This document shows, in pieces, positions 7,739 through 16,443 of a stretch of DNA of 32,000 nt. The notes under the pieces are model-generated. The model saw nothing but the letters and a program-made list of their open reading frames with translations, had not been told where the DNA came from and ran no database searches. Where the stretch lies: assembly GCF_000698785.1 (NCBI RefSeq), contig NZ_CP007536.1, forward strand, positions 1,290,001 through 1,322,000, read 5' to 3'. The position numbers and the translations under genes are program-made. This DNA is from Nitrososphaera viennensis EN76 (GTDB lineage Archaea > Thermoproteota > Nitrososphaeria > Nitrososphaerales > Nitrososphaeraceae). Every line of letters begins with the position of its first letter. The stretch's first letter is position 1.

Positions 7739-8503
7739 TCAGCGCCCTCTTTCTCCCCATAGCCTTCCGGCCTTCATGTATATGGGCCAAGTCACCTTTC
7801 TCTGGGCATTCTCCTTTCCCCATGCGGCCTCTAGTTCAGGGTATATCATTTTCACCGGGTCTGACTTGTTTTCCTCGATGTATTTCTGGGTGCTTGACCA
7901 GCTGTAGAGATAGCCTACCAAATTCTGCATGTCCCATTCAAGCTCTATCTTCAAGTCCGGGGTTTCTACCTGCGGGAACGGAAAGGGGATGTTCTCGTAC
8001 CTGTTTTCCACGTACCGGACCTCAGGAGGCCAGTACCGGCCGACAATGTCCTTGTAGAACGTTTGCGTGACCTTGTCTACCTCCGGGCTGACAGAATGCA
8101 GCCCGTACGTCCACGCGGCAATTACCGCATCCTTTCTTGCAACCCGCCTAACCTCCCGGTAAAAGTCGTCAAAGCGGAACCAGTGGAGCGCCTGCGCGAC
8201 TGTGATCAGGTCGACGCTGTTGTCTGCAAGGTCAGGCTTTTCCGCGGGAAACACTGCAAAGCGGACGTTTGGTCCTGCCCGGGCGTTTTCAATCTGCTTT
8301 TTGCTTGCGTCGCTTGCAACGACCTGCTTGAAATATCCTGCAAGGAGCGCGGCGGCCTGCCCGTTTCCTGTCGCGCAGTCCCACGCCAGCTCCCGGCGCC
8401 CCACAAGCACTGCAAGGAATTCAAAGAGCGCCCTTGGGTACGTCGGCCGTGAAGCGGCATACTCTTTGGACTGCTTGGAAAACAGGTCTTTGAAATCGGC
8501 CAA
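7739..8503 (-). CDS. class I SAM-dependent methyltransferase (Methyltransf_11-like)
   Basis: 254 aa. Motif I variant AWDCATGNGQAA, acidic motif II VVASDAS, and a post-I region SVDLITVAQALHWF. TTG start. Confidence 0.75.
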   Translation of the reverse strand: MADFKDLFSKQSKEYAASRPTYPRALFEFLAVLVGRRELAWDCATGNGQAAALLAGYFKQVVASDASKKQIENARAGPNVRFAVFPAEKPDLADNSVDLITVAQALHWFRFDDFYREVRRVARKDAVIAAWTYGLHSVSPEVDKVTQTFYKDIVGRYWPPEVRYVENRYENIPFPFPQVETPDLKIELEWDMQNLVGYLYSWSSTQKYIEENKSDPVKMIYPELEAAWGKENAQRKVTWPIYMKAGRLWGERGR

Positions 8504-8534
8504 CGACGGATGTATATCTGACAGGACGGACTAA

Positions 8535-9368
8535 TTAACCGGCCGCCGCAGGTTGTTTGCGGAGCTTGGCCTTGTCAAAGATAAAGAACCGGTTGTACCA
8601 CCACAGCCCCGCCGCCATGGCAAGGTAGGCAATGACATAGAACGCGTTTATCATGAACAGGTCGCCATCAAAGTTCTGCACCTGCGCTATCCCAAGCAGG
8701 GTGTCGGCTATCCCGAGGGCTATCCAGCCGATAAAGATCCACGGGATCGAAGTCAGGTATCCCTTGCCCGAATTGAGGACGATGAGTATCGCCGGCATGA
8801 AAAGCACGGTGTCAAGGAGCGGGTACGCGATGCTTATCGCAATAGCAAGCTCGGCCCCTTCGCCCTGCAACTGCGAGACGCCGGCAAGCCCCGTTATGTA
8901 CAGCCCTACAAATACCGACATGCCGGCTATCACCGCCGCCACCTTGTACCTTCCGACGCCCCGGCCGTAGAACCGGGCCGTGCTAAAAAGGTGGAACCCT
9001 ATCGGGCCGTAGGCGGACAGCCACAGCGCGTCGGCTATGGACGGAAACGGCCTTTCGATCTGCAGGACAAGTTCATAGTATCCCCACGTAGATTCTGCCG
9101 CAAGCCACAGCACGAGCCCTACGGCAAGCGCAAGGTACGCCCGGCCGAAAATCCCGGTGACGTTCTGCCTCGCCACCACGATTGCAGATATCACCGCCGC
9201 GGCCCCCACCGTCAGTATCCTTGAAAGGTCGCTTGCGGCGATTATGGCGTCTGACTGCGACGTGGCAAGCACCACCAGGTTAATAGCCACGACCGCGCCT
9301 ACCAGCGTGGCTACCAGGTTCTTTCGGCCGCGCTTGATTTCCGTTATCTCTTTTCTTGGTTCTTCCAA
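8535..9368 (-). CDS. polytopic (about 7 TM) membrane protein resembling stand-alone sensor membrane modules
   Basis: 277 aa with about seven hydrophobic helices and a PFPSIADALWLSAYGP motif like those in the membrane sensor domains of signalling proteins. It starts 5 nt after the upstream 108-aa gene ends. Confidence 0.6.
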   Translation of the reverse strand: MEEPRKEITEIKRGRKNLVATLVGAVVAINLVVLATSQSDAIIAASDLSRILTVGAAAVISAIVVARQNVTGIFGRAYLALAVGLVLWLAAESTWGYYELVLQIERPFPSIADALWLSAYGPIGFHLFSTARFYGRGVGRYKVAAVIAGMSVFVGLYITGLAGVSQLQGEGAELAIAISIAYPLLDTVLFMPAILIVLNSGKGYLTSIPWIFIGWIALGIADTLLGIAQVQNFDGDLFMINAFYVIAYLAMAAGLWWYNRFFIFDKAKLRKQPAAAG

Positions 9369-9373
9369 CTAGC

Positions 9374-9700
9374 TCATACTCCTCCTTCTCCTTCTACTGC
9401 CGCTACTCCTGTGCCGAGCCATTTTCTTATCTTGTCAAAGCTCTTCTTTGACTTTTCAGGATCCTTTGCGCCGTGGTTCTTTTCCAGGTCTGCCCAGGTC
9501 ATGTCCATTATCATGTCGGCGTGGGGCCCCACTATCTCCCGGAGGTTTGAATAGAGCGACTCGATGTCCACGGCCCGCGGGTTTGAGAATACGCCACGGC
9601 CGTCCATGTGCCACATTATCGTCTGGTAGATGGAGGAGCCAAGTGACATCAGCTCCTTGTCAAAGGCGCGCCTCAGGATGGTATTGCGGTCGTTCTCCAT
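9374..9700 (-). CDS. hypothetical soluble protein (108 aa)
   Basis: ORF track. Composition looks coding. It is the first gene of a co-oriented string running 9700 to 7739. Confidence 0.5.
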   Translation of the reverse strand: MENDRNTILRRAFDKELMSLGSSIYQTIMWHMDGRGVFSNPRAVDIESLYSNLREIVGPHADMIMDMTWADLEKNHGAKDPEKSKKSFDKIRKWLGTGVAAVEGEGGV

Positions 9701-9917
9701 CGAAGAGTGCAGGCTCGCTCACCATCCAGCTTGTTTTGGACCCCCGACATCGAAGCACTACCTAACAGAAATATAGAAACTCATACAAGTATATATCGTT
9801 ATTTTGGCAAGACTGAAGGATATTCCAGAGGCAAGAAGTACACTCCTTGCAGCCAGTGAGATAGGATACATAACTACAAAGTCGCTGGCAAAAGCCAATA
9901 ATAACAACCTTCTTTAG

Positions 9918-11066
9918 GTGCTTTTCATGCCAAAAATATCAGGCTTGCAGAGAATGGACGATTTTGCCGAGAACATCCCGCTCTTGATTTGCTTTACAGG
10001 TCCTGACGGCAGGATAACGGGCGTAAACGGCTATTTCGCGCAAGCAACTGGATTTTCCAGGGACGACCTGGCGGTGATGCAGGTCTTTGACATCGTCACG
10101 GAAAAGGCCGGAACGCTGAAGGAAACCATCAGTGCCATTTGCGGCATGCAGGGCAGCGTCAAGGAAGTGGACGTCTTGATAAAGAGAAAAGACGGTACAG
10201 AGTTTCCGGGGATACTTGCTGCGTCGGCGTGGCAGCGGCAGGACAGCAGTGGCAAGAACACAGTCATCGGGATGGCAGTGACAGAGAGTTCCCGGCTAGA
10301 GCGCGCAAACAGGGAAATGGAGGCCGCAAACAAAGAGCTCAAGAGAAAAGAGAGCCTTAAAGACGAGTTCATAGCTATCGCGTCGCACGAGCTGCGCACG
10401 CCCATCCAGCCGATATTGGGGCTTGCGTTGCTTGCAAAAAAGGGGCAGATAAGCCAAGAAGAGGCGTGGGATTCCGTCCTGAGGGAGGCGCGCAGGCTGA
10501 CGCAGCTTGCAAACGACATACTGGACGTCAGCAGGATAGAAAACGGCACCCTGCGGTACAACTTTGCCAGGGCAAACGTCTCTGAAATAATAGAGTATGT
10601 CGTAAACGCGCTAAGGACAAGCGAGCTGGGCAAAGAGATCGACTTTTACATAGCAATGAACGAAGGCGCACGCGCGGCCTACTGCGACCTGGACAGGCAG
10701 CGCATCACCCAGGTGCTCATGAACGTCATCGGCAATGCGGCCAAGTTCACGGGAAAGGGCAGGGTCACTATTGAGGCACGGGCCGACGCAAAAAATTCCC
10801 GGTACGACATCGTGGTGAGCGACACGGGAGGTGGGATACCGGAAGCCGTCCTGCCGCACATGTTCAAAAAGTTCATCACAAGGAGCGTCGGCGAGGGAGA
10901 AAAGCATGGAAGCGGCCTTGGCCTGTTCATAAGCAGGGCGATAGTGGCCGCCCACAACGGCGCGATATACCTGTACAACAATGATGAGGATGATAAAAAA
11001 GGTGCGACGTTTGTCATCCGGCTGCCCTTTGAGCAGCCCGCGCGGCAGTCCTCTTCCTCCGGCTAG
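9918..11066 (+). CDS. soluble PAS-domain sensor histidine kinase
   Basis: PAS-like N-terminus (PDGRITGVNGYFAQATGFSRDDL), H-box FIAIASHELRTPIQPI, N-box VIGNAAKFT, G1 DTGGGIP and G2 GSGLGLFISRAIV. The maximal start is GTG 9918. An ATG at 9927 is an alternative. Confidence 0.88.
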   Translation: MLFMPKISGLQRMDDFAENIPLLICFTGPDGRITGVNGYFAQATGFSRDDLAVMQVFDIVTEKAGTLKETISAICGMQGSVKEVDVLIKRKDGTEFPGILAASAWQRQDSSGKNTVIGMAVTESSRLERANREMEAANKELKRKESLKDEFIAIASHELRTPIQPILGLALLAKKGQISQEEAWDSVLREARRLTQLANDILDVSRIENGTLRYNFARANVSEIIEYVVNALRTSELGKEIDFYIAMNEGARAAYCDLDRQRITQVLMNVIGNAAKFTGKGRVTIEARADAKNSRYDIVVSDTGGGIPEAVLPHMFKKFITRSVGEGEKHGSGLGLFISRAIVAAHNGAIYLYNNDEDDKKGATFVIRLPFEQPARQSSSSG

Positions 11067-11074
11067 CTAGCCGG
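11059..11074. repeat. perfect 16-nt palindrome CCGGCTAG|CTAGCCGG centred on the junction of two convergent stop codons
   Basis: The kinase stops with TAG at 11064-11066. The receiver gene stops on the other strand at 11067-11069. The palindrome was read directly. Confidence 0.8.
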
Positions 11075-11594
11075 CAATCCCGCGGCCTTTTTGTATGGCC
11101 TTCAATCCTTGGTACAGGCCGAGCAGCTGGTCGTGGGTGGCATTCATCTTGCGAAGTTCTGCGATGTTGACGTTGAGCTCCTCAAGGCCCTTCCAGATAC
11201 TGGTGTCCTCGACTAGCGAGACAAGATCGTCTATCTCAAAGGGTTTTTGCATCATTTCCACGACCTTGCTCAGAGTCTTTACGGCGTCCTGCAGGGTTTC
11301 AAGGACATAGGCGGATACAAAGATTATCCTCTGCTTTGGGACCAGCGCCAGAATCTCGCGGGCGACTTCCATCCCGTCCTTCTTGGGCATCCGGTAGTCC
11401 AGAAGGACCACGTCAAAAGGAGCGACGATGCTGTTGTTGTTGCGGCCGCCGGATTCGGCAAGGCGATGGCGGTTGTATTCCTCAAGGCACTCCACCCCGT
11501 TGTGGGTGACTATGACCTCGTGGCCTCGCTCTTCAAAAGAGATCTTGTAAACCTTGGCAATGTTTGGCTCGTCCTCGGCTACAAGGATTTTCAA
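11067..11594 (-). CDS. stand-alone response-regulator receiver (CheY-like) with a short helical C-terminal tail
   Basis: REC motifs KILVAEDEP, VVLLDYRMPKKDG and IIFVSAY. The maximal ORF reaches 11729, but the receiver domain begins at a TTG at 11594 (MKILVAEDE), preceded by AT-rich TTAATTAATT. The start is uncertain. Confidence 0.8.
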   Translation of the reverse strand: MKILVAEDEPNIAKVYKISFEERGHEVIVTHNGVECLEEYNRHRLAESGGRNNNSIVAPFDVVLLDYRMPKKDGMEVAREILALVPKQRIIFVSAYVLETLQDAVKTLSKVVEMMQKPFEIDDLVSLVEDTSIWKGLEELNVNIAELRKMNATHDQLLGLYQGLKAIQKGRGIAG

Positions 11595-11975
11595 AGACGC
11601 TTTGTAGAATAATACGCAATTAATTAATGTATAGTCATGCGGATTTGCAGGGGAAAAACGCCATCTGTTGCCGGTTAAAGTGCAAAGAATATTGCAGCGC
11701 TGCATCAGGATGTCAATATTTTCGCCCATCGTTGCTATTTATTACAGGTTTATCCTGTTAACGGGATATAAATTACAGAAAAGGGAGGTGTCAACATCGG
11801 CAGTAGAGGAATTGCCCATATTATGCAATAAAATGAAAGAAACTTCGTTAAAAAACGATAAAGTTATGTTACTGAAAATGGATATTGAGAATACTTATTA
11901 CCAATATCTTACTTTTATCAAGAAATCTCGATCAGAGCTTTTATTTTTCTCATTTAATATCAATAATTCGGAAAA

Positions 11976-13055
11976 ATGCAAAAATATAGCAGGGGGGCAG
12001 GCAAAACGTCGAACGCAAAGAGTGCCGGCGGCATGCTGTGCCAGGTTGAAAAGCGCGAAACATCATCTGCTGCTGCCAGGAGGCAAAACTCCACGGCAGC
12101 AGCAAAAGCCGCAGCCGCGGGAAAAGGGTATCTTGACTTTTCACAGATATCTGCTTTGGAGGAAAAATCAAAAAAATTGCTCGCGCTTGCAGGAAATGAT
12201 TTCGTTCAGGGCCTTGACGGTCTTTCAAAATTTCTAGCCGCCGTAGACCCCGCGCCATCTGCATTATTCCAGGCAATAGACCAGAAAGGCCAGGACTTTG
12301 CCACGTACTATTTTGCGGCATTTTCCGACACCAGAGACGTCAATGTTTCCCTCAGGATCTACAAGACCATCAGATCACTCGTGCGCTACATCGTGCTCAT
12401 GGACAGGTATTATGAGATTGGAAACAGGAAATACAAGCGCATGGCGGCCGAACTGCTCAGGTCGGTCAAGGCAGACAGTGAAGGCTATTTGAAATACGCA
12501 ATCCATTTTTCGTTCGCCCAGTGCTGGCCGTTCTGGGATTCTGAAAAACTGATGAAGGAAAGGATGCTTGAAGGCTGCGACTTTTCCTACAAGGAGATCC
12601 GGTACCACAACATGTTCAAGTCGTCTGACGCCCCCACCATCTACGGGCGCGTCCTTGACAGCGAGCTTGAAAACTATAACCCGAATGTTTCGCTGGTCCT
12701 GCACTACAACCAGGCGCTGCAGGACATCCAGGACGACCTTGACGACCTTGAGGAGGACCTGTACGATAGGATGCCCAACATCTTTATCCTTGGCGCGACC
12801 GAATCCATACCATTCTCGACGCTTGCCGCAAACCCTGATTCGATAAAGGAGGCGGTGGCAAAGAGCAAGAGCTTGGACAAGATCCTCGACCTTGTAAAGG
12901 AGTACGAGAATTCAGCCGCGGGCATTGCACTTCCATCCCAGTACGAATTCCTGAAGCACCTCACGCACTGCTATGCCGGGAAATTGTACGAATCGATCCG
13001 CGCCTGCAAGGAAAGAGTAGCGCTTGTCAAGGTTGCCAATCCGACAGTACATTAG
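11976..13055 (+). CDS. hypothetical helical protein with acidic motif ALQDIQDDLDDLEEDLYDRMPNIF (start uncertain; 12033 is possible)
   Basis: 359-aa ORF. The first ~50 aa are low complexity. YYFAAFSDTRD and the acidic motif show a weak resemblance to the two Asp-rich motifs of squalene/phytoene-synthase-type enzymes. This is low confidence. Confidence 0.55.
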   Translation: MQKYSRGAGKTSNAKSAGGMLCQVEKRETSSAAARRQNSTAAAKAAAAGKGYLDFSQISALEEKSKKLLALAGNDFVQGLDGLSKFLAAVDPAPSALFQAIDQKGQDFATYYFAAFSDTRDVNVSLRIYKTIRSLVRYIVLMDRYYEIGNRKYKRMAAELLRSVKADSEGYLKYAIHFSFAQCWPFWDSEKLMKERMLEGCDFSYKEIRYHNMFKSSDAPTIYGRVLDSELENYNPNVSLVLHYNQALQDIQDDLDDLEEDLYDRMPNIFILGATESIPFSTLAANPDSIKEAVAKSKSLDKILDLVKEYENSAAGIALPSQYEFLKHLTHCYAGKLYESIRACKERVALVKVANPTVH

Positions 13056-13548
13056 CTACCTGGCAGACAACGCCAAGAAATACAAGACCTTCAACAAGCA
13101 GCTTGTTGTAGGCGAGCTTGCAGGGATCGCCGCAGGCCTTTTGGTTGCAGAGCTGGCAATAGCCATCGCCCTTGACGAGGCAGGCGTTTCGATAGCTTCA
13201 TCTGCCGCGGATTACCTCGCCGCGCTGGCAGGCTTTTTGACCATATTCTATTTTGACAGCCGCGGGCAGTTCATACAACTTTCAAGGGGCAAGAGGGTGC
13301 AGAAGGTTTGCACCATGGCCCTCCGGCTGTGGCCCTCTGTTGCCGCGGCGGACATTGTTTTTATCCTTGTGAGGCCATACGTGCAGTACCTCCTCCTTGG
13401 CGCAAACATCGAGGCAGGCATCACCTCCATAATCGCACATTTCGTCGCTTTTGCGGCATTCAACCTGACCGCGATATTCTCAAGGAGCCTCATGGACTTT
13501 TGGCAGTCGACGAAAAAGAAGAAAAACAACAGCAGCCCGGCTAGCTAA
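13024..13548 (+). CDS. small 4-TM membrane protein
   Basis: 174-aa maximal ORF with TTG starts at 13024 and 13033. It has four hydrophobic segments and a Lys-rich tail (STKKKKNNSS). It overlaps the upstream gene's end by about 30 nt. Confidence 0.55.
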   Translation: MSRLPIRQYISYLADNAKKYKTFNKQLVVGELAGIAAGLLVAELAIAIALDEAGVSIASSAADYLAALAGFLTIFYFDSRGQFIQLSRGKRVQKVCTMALRLWPSVAAADIVFILVRPYVQYLLLGANIEAGITSIIAHFVAFAAFNLTAIFSRSLMDFWQSTKKKKNNSSPAS

Positions 13549-13687
13549 AGTATTTCTCTACCAGCTTTTTCATTTTGTCCCGGTTCATATTCTCGCCTTG
13601 CATGATCTCAGGGTGTTTTTCGGTAAGGTGCCTTAGCGCAAACCTCACCTCGTCGCCGCAGAGCTTGCATTTTGCCTTGCCAAACAC
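13541..13687 (-). CDS. candidate 48-aa zinc-finger micro-protein (not in the ORF track)
   Basis: Hand translation from GTG 13687 gives MFGKAKCKLCGDEVRFALRHLTEKHPEIMQGENMNRDKMKKLVEKYFS followed by a stop. It contains C-x2-C-x9-H-x4-H. It lies 36 nt downstream of thiL on the same strand. Its stop overlaps the convergent gene's stop in CTAGCTAA. Confidence 0.4.
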   Translation of the reverse strand: MFGKAKCKLCGDEVRFALRHLTEKHPEIMQGENMNRDKMKKLVEKYFS

Positions 13688-13722
13688 AGCCAGTCTCTCT
13701 TGGATCGACAGATAGATAAAAG

Positions 13723-14670
13723 CTAGCTAAAGTGAAGGTAGCCTCGGTTTTCAAGCAGCCGCCTGCCTGACGTGACCCGGCCCGTGCCTTTTTTCTTTAC
13801 GCTACCGATGATGTGCAGGTCGCAGCCTGCCTTTTTTGCCGTCGCCCTTGCCCTTGGTAGCAGGGATTTTGGCATCGTCGCGACTATTTCGTACTCTTCC
13901 CCTCCGTGGAACACCAGCTCGTGCGCGTCAAGGCCGTTTGCGCGGGCAAATTCCTGTACGCCGTCTGCCCTTGCCGCGTCATAGTCGACTTTTATGTCGA
14001 CGTTGCTCTGGACTGCGATTTCATGGAGCGAGGCTGCAAGGCCGTCGCTTGAATCAATCGACGACGAAAAATACCGCGCAAGCGTGATTCCAAACGCCTG
14101 CCTAGGCTTGGGCTCCAGCGCCGAGTCTACTGCCGCCGCCCTGAACGCGCCCTGCGCCCTTGCTCCCTTTAGCAAGACTGCAAGCCCAGACGCGGGATAG
14201 CCGAACTTGCCGGAAGCAACAACGACATCGCCGGGTTTTGCGCCGCCCCTTTTTGGCATCCTGTTGTCTGCCGCTGTCATGCCTATCATGCTGCAGTCAA
14301 TGACAAGGTCTCTTGCGGCATTCGTGTCACCTCCCACGATCTTCACGCCAAACTCCCTTGACGCAATCTGGAACCCCCTTGCCAACTCCTCGACGTAGGT
14401 TCTGGTAATCTCTTCAGGAAGGCCGAGCGAGATCATCGCCGCCACCGGCCTTGCCCCCTTGGCCGCAAGGTCGCTTGCGCACGCCACTATGCTCTTTCTT
14501 GCGACCTGCCACGGGCTCATCTGCGGAGGCACGTCGGTGCTTGCAACAAGCATGTCGGCCTTGAAGACAAGGTTCCTGCCGACTTTTGCCACGTCGTCAA
14601 GGTCGGCTATGCCTAGTGCCTGCGAGAATATGCGGATTATTTCCTTCTCATCTAGCCGCTTCTTCTTCAT
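13723..14670 (-). CDS. thiL: thiamine-monophosphate kinase (AIR-synthase-related family)
   Basis: 315 aa with the PurM/ThiL-like layout: DLDDVAKV, FKADMLVASTD, ASDLAAKGARP, IVGGDTN and PKRGGAKPGDVVVASG. Confidence 0.7.
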   Translation of the reverse strand: MKKKRLDEKEIIRIFSQALGIADLDDVAKVGRNLVFKADMLVASTDVPPQMSPWQVARKSIVACASDLAAKGARPVAAMISLGLPEEITRTYVEELARGFQIASREFGVKIVGGDTNAARDLVIDCSMIGMTAADNRMPKRGGAKPGDVVVASGKFGYPASGLAVLLKGARAQGAFRAAAVDSALEPKPRQAFGITLARYFSSSIDSSDGLAASLHEIAVQSNVDIKVDYDAARADGVQEFARANGLDAHELVFHGGEEYEIVATMPKSLLPRARATAKKAGCDLHIIGSVKKKGTGRVTSGRRLLENRGYLHFS

Positions 14671-15973
14671 AGACGCGCTGGACCTTCTTGCTCATCTTTT
14701 TGTACAGCGACTGCGCCTTTTCGGCACGCGACTCGACAGACACCCGGATGGCGTGTTCGGTGTTTGACGGGCGCACGAGCACCCACGAGTCATCGTCGAT
14801 TATCCCCTTGACGCCGTCGCCTGTTATCATCTGCGAGCATTCTGCTTTTAGTGCGTCTGGCAATTTCTCAATGACCCTTGCATGCAGCGACGAATCCGCG
14901 GCTATCTTGGACCGTATTTGCATAAACTGCGACGCAAACGACAGACAATCCATCATTGCTTTTCTGTCAAGCGTGGCTATGGTTGCAGCCGCCAAGAGCC
15001 CGTCGCGGCACATGTTGAACTTGGGCATGATAAAGCCGGCGCTGCTTCCTTCTCCCCCGGCCTCGGCTCCCGTGTCAAGCATCTTGTTCACCACGTTTGC
15101 CTCGCCCACCTTGGAGTGCTCTACTGTTCCCCCGCGCTCTTTAACGTACTTGGCAATGGCTACGCTCGTGTCGATGCTTGTCACGAATTTTTTTGCGCCC
15201 AGCTCCACCGCGCGGGCGACGCACAGGAGCAGAGTTGCGTCCGGGTTCAGCTTCTCGCCCTTTTCGTTGACTACAACAAGCCTGTCGCCGTCAAGGTCAA
15301 GCGCAAAGCCGAGGTCCAGCTTGTTTGCAGTCACAAGCGTACGCAGGTCGGCAAGGTCGTCCGCGGTAGGGTCAGGGCCCCGTGAGGAGACACCCGGGAT
15401 GCCGTTTATGCTCTGGAATTTCATGCCGAGTTTCTTGAACAGCCTTTCAGAATAGCCGCACGACGCCCCGCCGCCGGCATCGATTCCAACAACTTGCGCG
15501 CCGCCGGTGCTGCCGGCGGCAACAAGCGCGGCAACGTCGTCGACATAGCTTGCAGTTGCAGGATACTCCCTGCCTGCGCTCCGGCCTGCAGCAGAAGAAG
15601 AAGAACTTGACGCAAGCATCATCTGTTCCAGCTCTTTTTCAAACAGCCCGCGGCCTTCGATGATGAATTTCAGCCCGTTCCATTCAAGCGGGTTGTGCGA
15701 TGCGGTGACGATGATCCCGGCGCCATATTTTCGCGCCTCCCTGAACGCGGCTGGCGTGGATGCGACTCCCAGGTTGTACACGTCGATGCCGGCTGCCATC
15801 AGGCTTGCCGAGACTATTTGCGAGAGGACAGGGCCGGAGGGCCTGGTGTCCCTTGCCACTATGCACTTGCCCGATTTTACAAGATTTGCAAAGCGCCCGG
15901 CAAACCGGGCGGCTTCGTGCAGGGTCAGGTCTTGGCCGTAGATTCCCCTTGCCCCGGAGATTGACACCTTCAA
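14648..15973 (-). CDS. phosphohexomutase (phosphoglucosamine mutase / phosphomannomutase family)
   Basis: 441 aa with the active-site TASHNP, the metal loop FALDLDGDR and a sugar-binding-like GGEGSSAG. It overlaps the thiL start by 23 nt. TTG start. Confidence 0.85.
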   Translation of the reverse strand: MKVSISGARGIYGQDLTLHEAARFAGRFANLVKSGKCIVARDTRPSGPVLSQIVSASLMAAGIDVYNLGVASTPAAFREARKYGAGIIVTASHNPLEWNGLKFIIEGRGLFEKELEQMMLASSSSSSAAGRSAGREYPATASYVDDVAALVAAGSTGGAQVVGIDAGGGASCGYSERLFKKLGMKFQSINGIPGVSSRGPDPTADDLADLRTLVTANKLDLGFALDLDGDRLVVVNEKGEKLNPDATLLLCVARAVELGAKKFVTSIDTSVAIAKYVKERGGTVEHSKVGEANVVNKMLDTGAEAGGEGSSAGFIMPKFNMCRDGLLAAATIATLDRKAMMDCLSFASQFMQIRSKIAADSSLHARVIEKLPDALKAECSQMITGDGVKGIIDDDSWVLVRPSNTEHAIRVSVESRAEKAQSLYKKMSKKVQRVYEEEAAR

Positions 15974-16110
15974 TGCAGCACCGGGATTCGCTCGCAGATA
16001 TTTAAGCTGGCGCGAGGATCAGGATGACGCGCACCTTTCTTGGCGCCATGTCATATCCTGCAACAATATGGCGGCACCAGCGAACTTACTTTGGCCGCTT
16101 CGTTATTTGG

Positions 16111-16118
16111 TATATAAA
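16111..16118 (+). promoter_or_regulatory. TATA-like box (TATATAAA) about 50 nt upstream of the P-II-like gene
   Basis: This is the only strong AT-rich box in the 15974-16167 spacer. Confidence 0.35.
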
Positions 16119-16167
16119 TTGAAATTCTTTCTGAAGCCTTATCTGATCAAAGCCAGCGGATTTCTTC

Positions 16168-16443
16168 ATGAAGGAACTGGATATTATCATACCCCATGAA
16201 CATCTAAATGAAGTAAACAGCATCCTGCACAAGCACCAAGTCGGAGGCATGTATTTTACCCAGATCACTGGGCGGGGCCGCGCCAAGAAGGAGGAAATGG
16301 AGGTTCTGGTAGGACCTGATCGATACAAAACAGGAAAGAGATATGTTCCGGAATTTGGCGGCAGAACGATAGTCACGATAATAGTGCCAGACCAGATGGA
16401 AAAACCAATCGTTAACGATATCCTCTCCAAGATCAGTACCTGA
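16168..16443 (+). CDS. P-II (GlnB/GlnK-like) signal-transduction protein, truncated by an in-frame TGA; P-II homology continues in frame to 16533
   Basis: MKELDIIIPHEHLNEVNSILHKHQVGGMYFTQITGRGR...TIVTIIVPDQMEKPIVNDILSKIST, then a stop, matches the P-II fold order with a long T-loop. The next in-frame codons encode EASDGKIFVKTITEAYDIGTKTSGDKAAL, which is the canonical P-II C-terminus. Confidence 0.8.
   Translation: MKELDIIIPHEHLNEVNSILHKHQVGGMYFTQITGRGRAKKEEMEVLVGPDRYKTGKRYVPEFGGRTIVTIIVPDQMEKPIVNDILSKIST

Noticed and set aside
11668-12237. 189-aa + strand ORF spanning the AT-rich spacer and the 5' end of the 359-aa gene, plus 11950..12321 on the minus strand
   Set aside because: It starts inside the 5' region of the receiver gene on the opposite strand and crosses an obvious intergenic promoter region. 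The translation is low complexity. It is out of frame with the better-supported 11976..13055 ORF.
16441-16443. The TGA in the P-II gene as a reassigned codon (UGA=Gly as in genetic code 25, or selenocysteine)
   Set aside because: Other confident genes in the window end at TGA where homology ends, for example rtcB at 6546-6548. I see no SECIS-like hairpin right after the codon, and the position calls for Gly rather than Cys/Sec. A nonsense mutation or sequence error is the more economical explanation.
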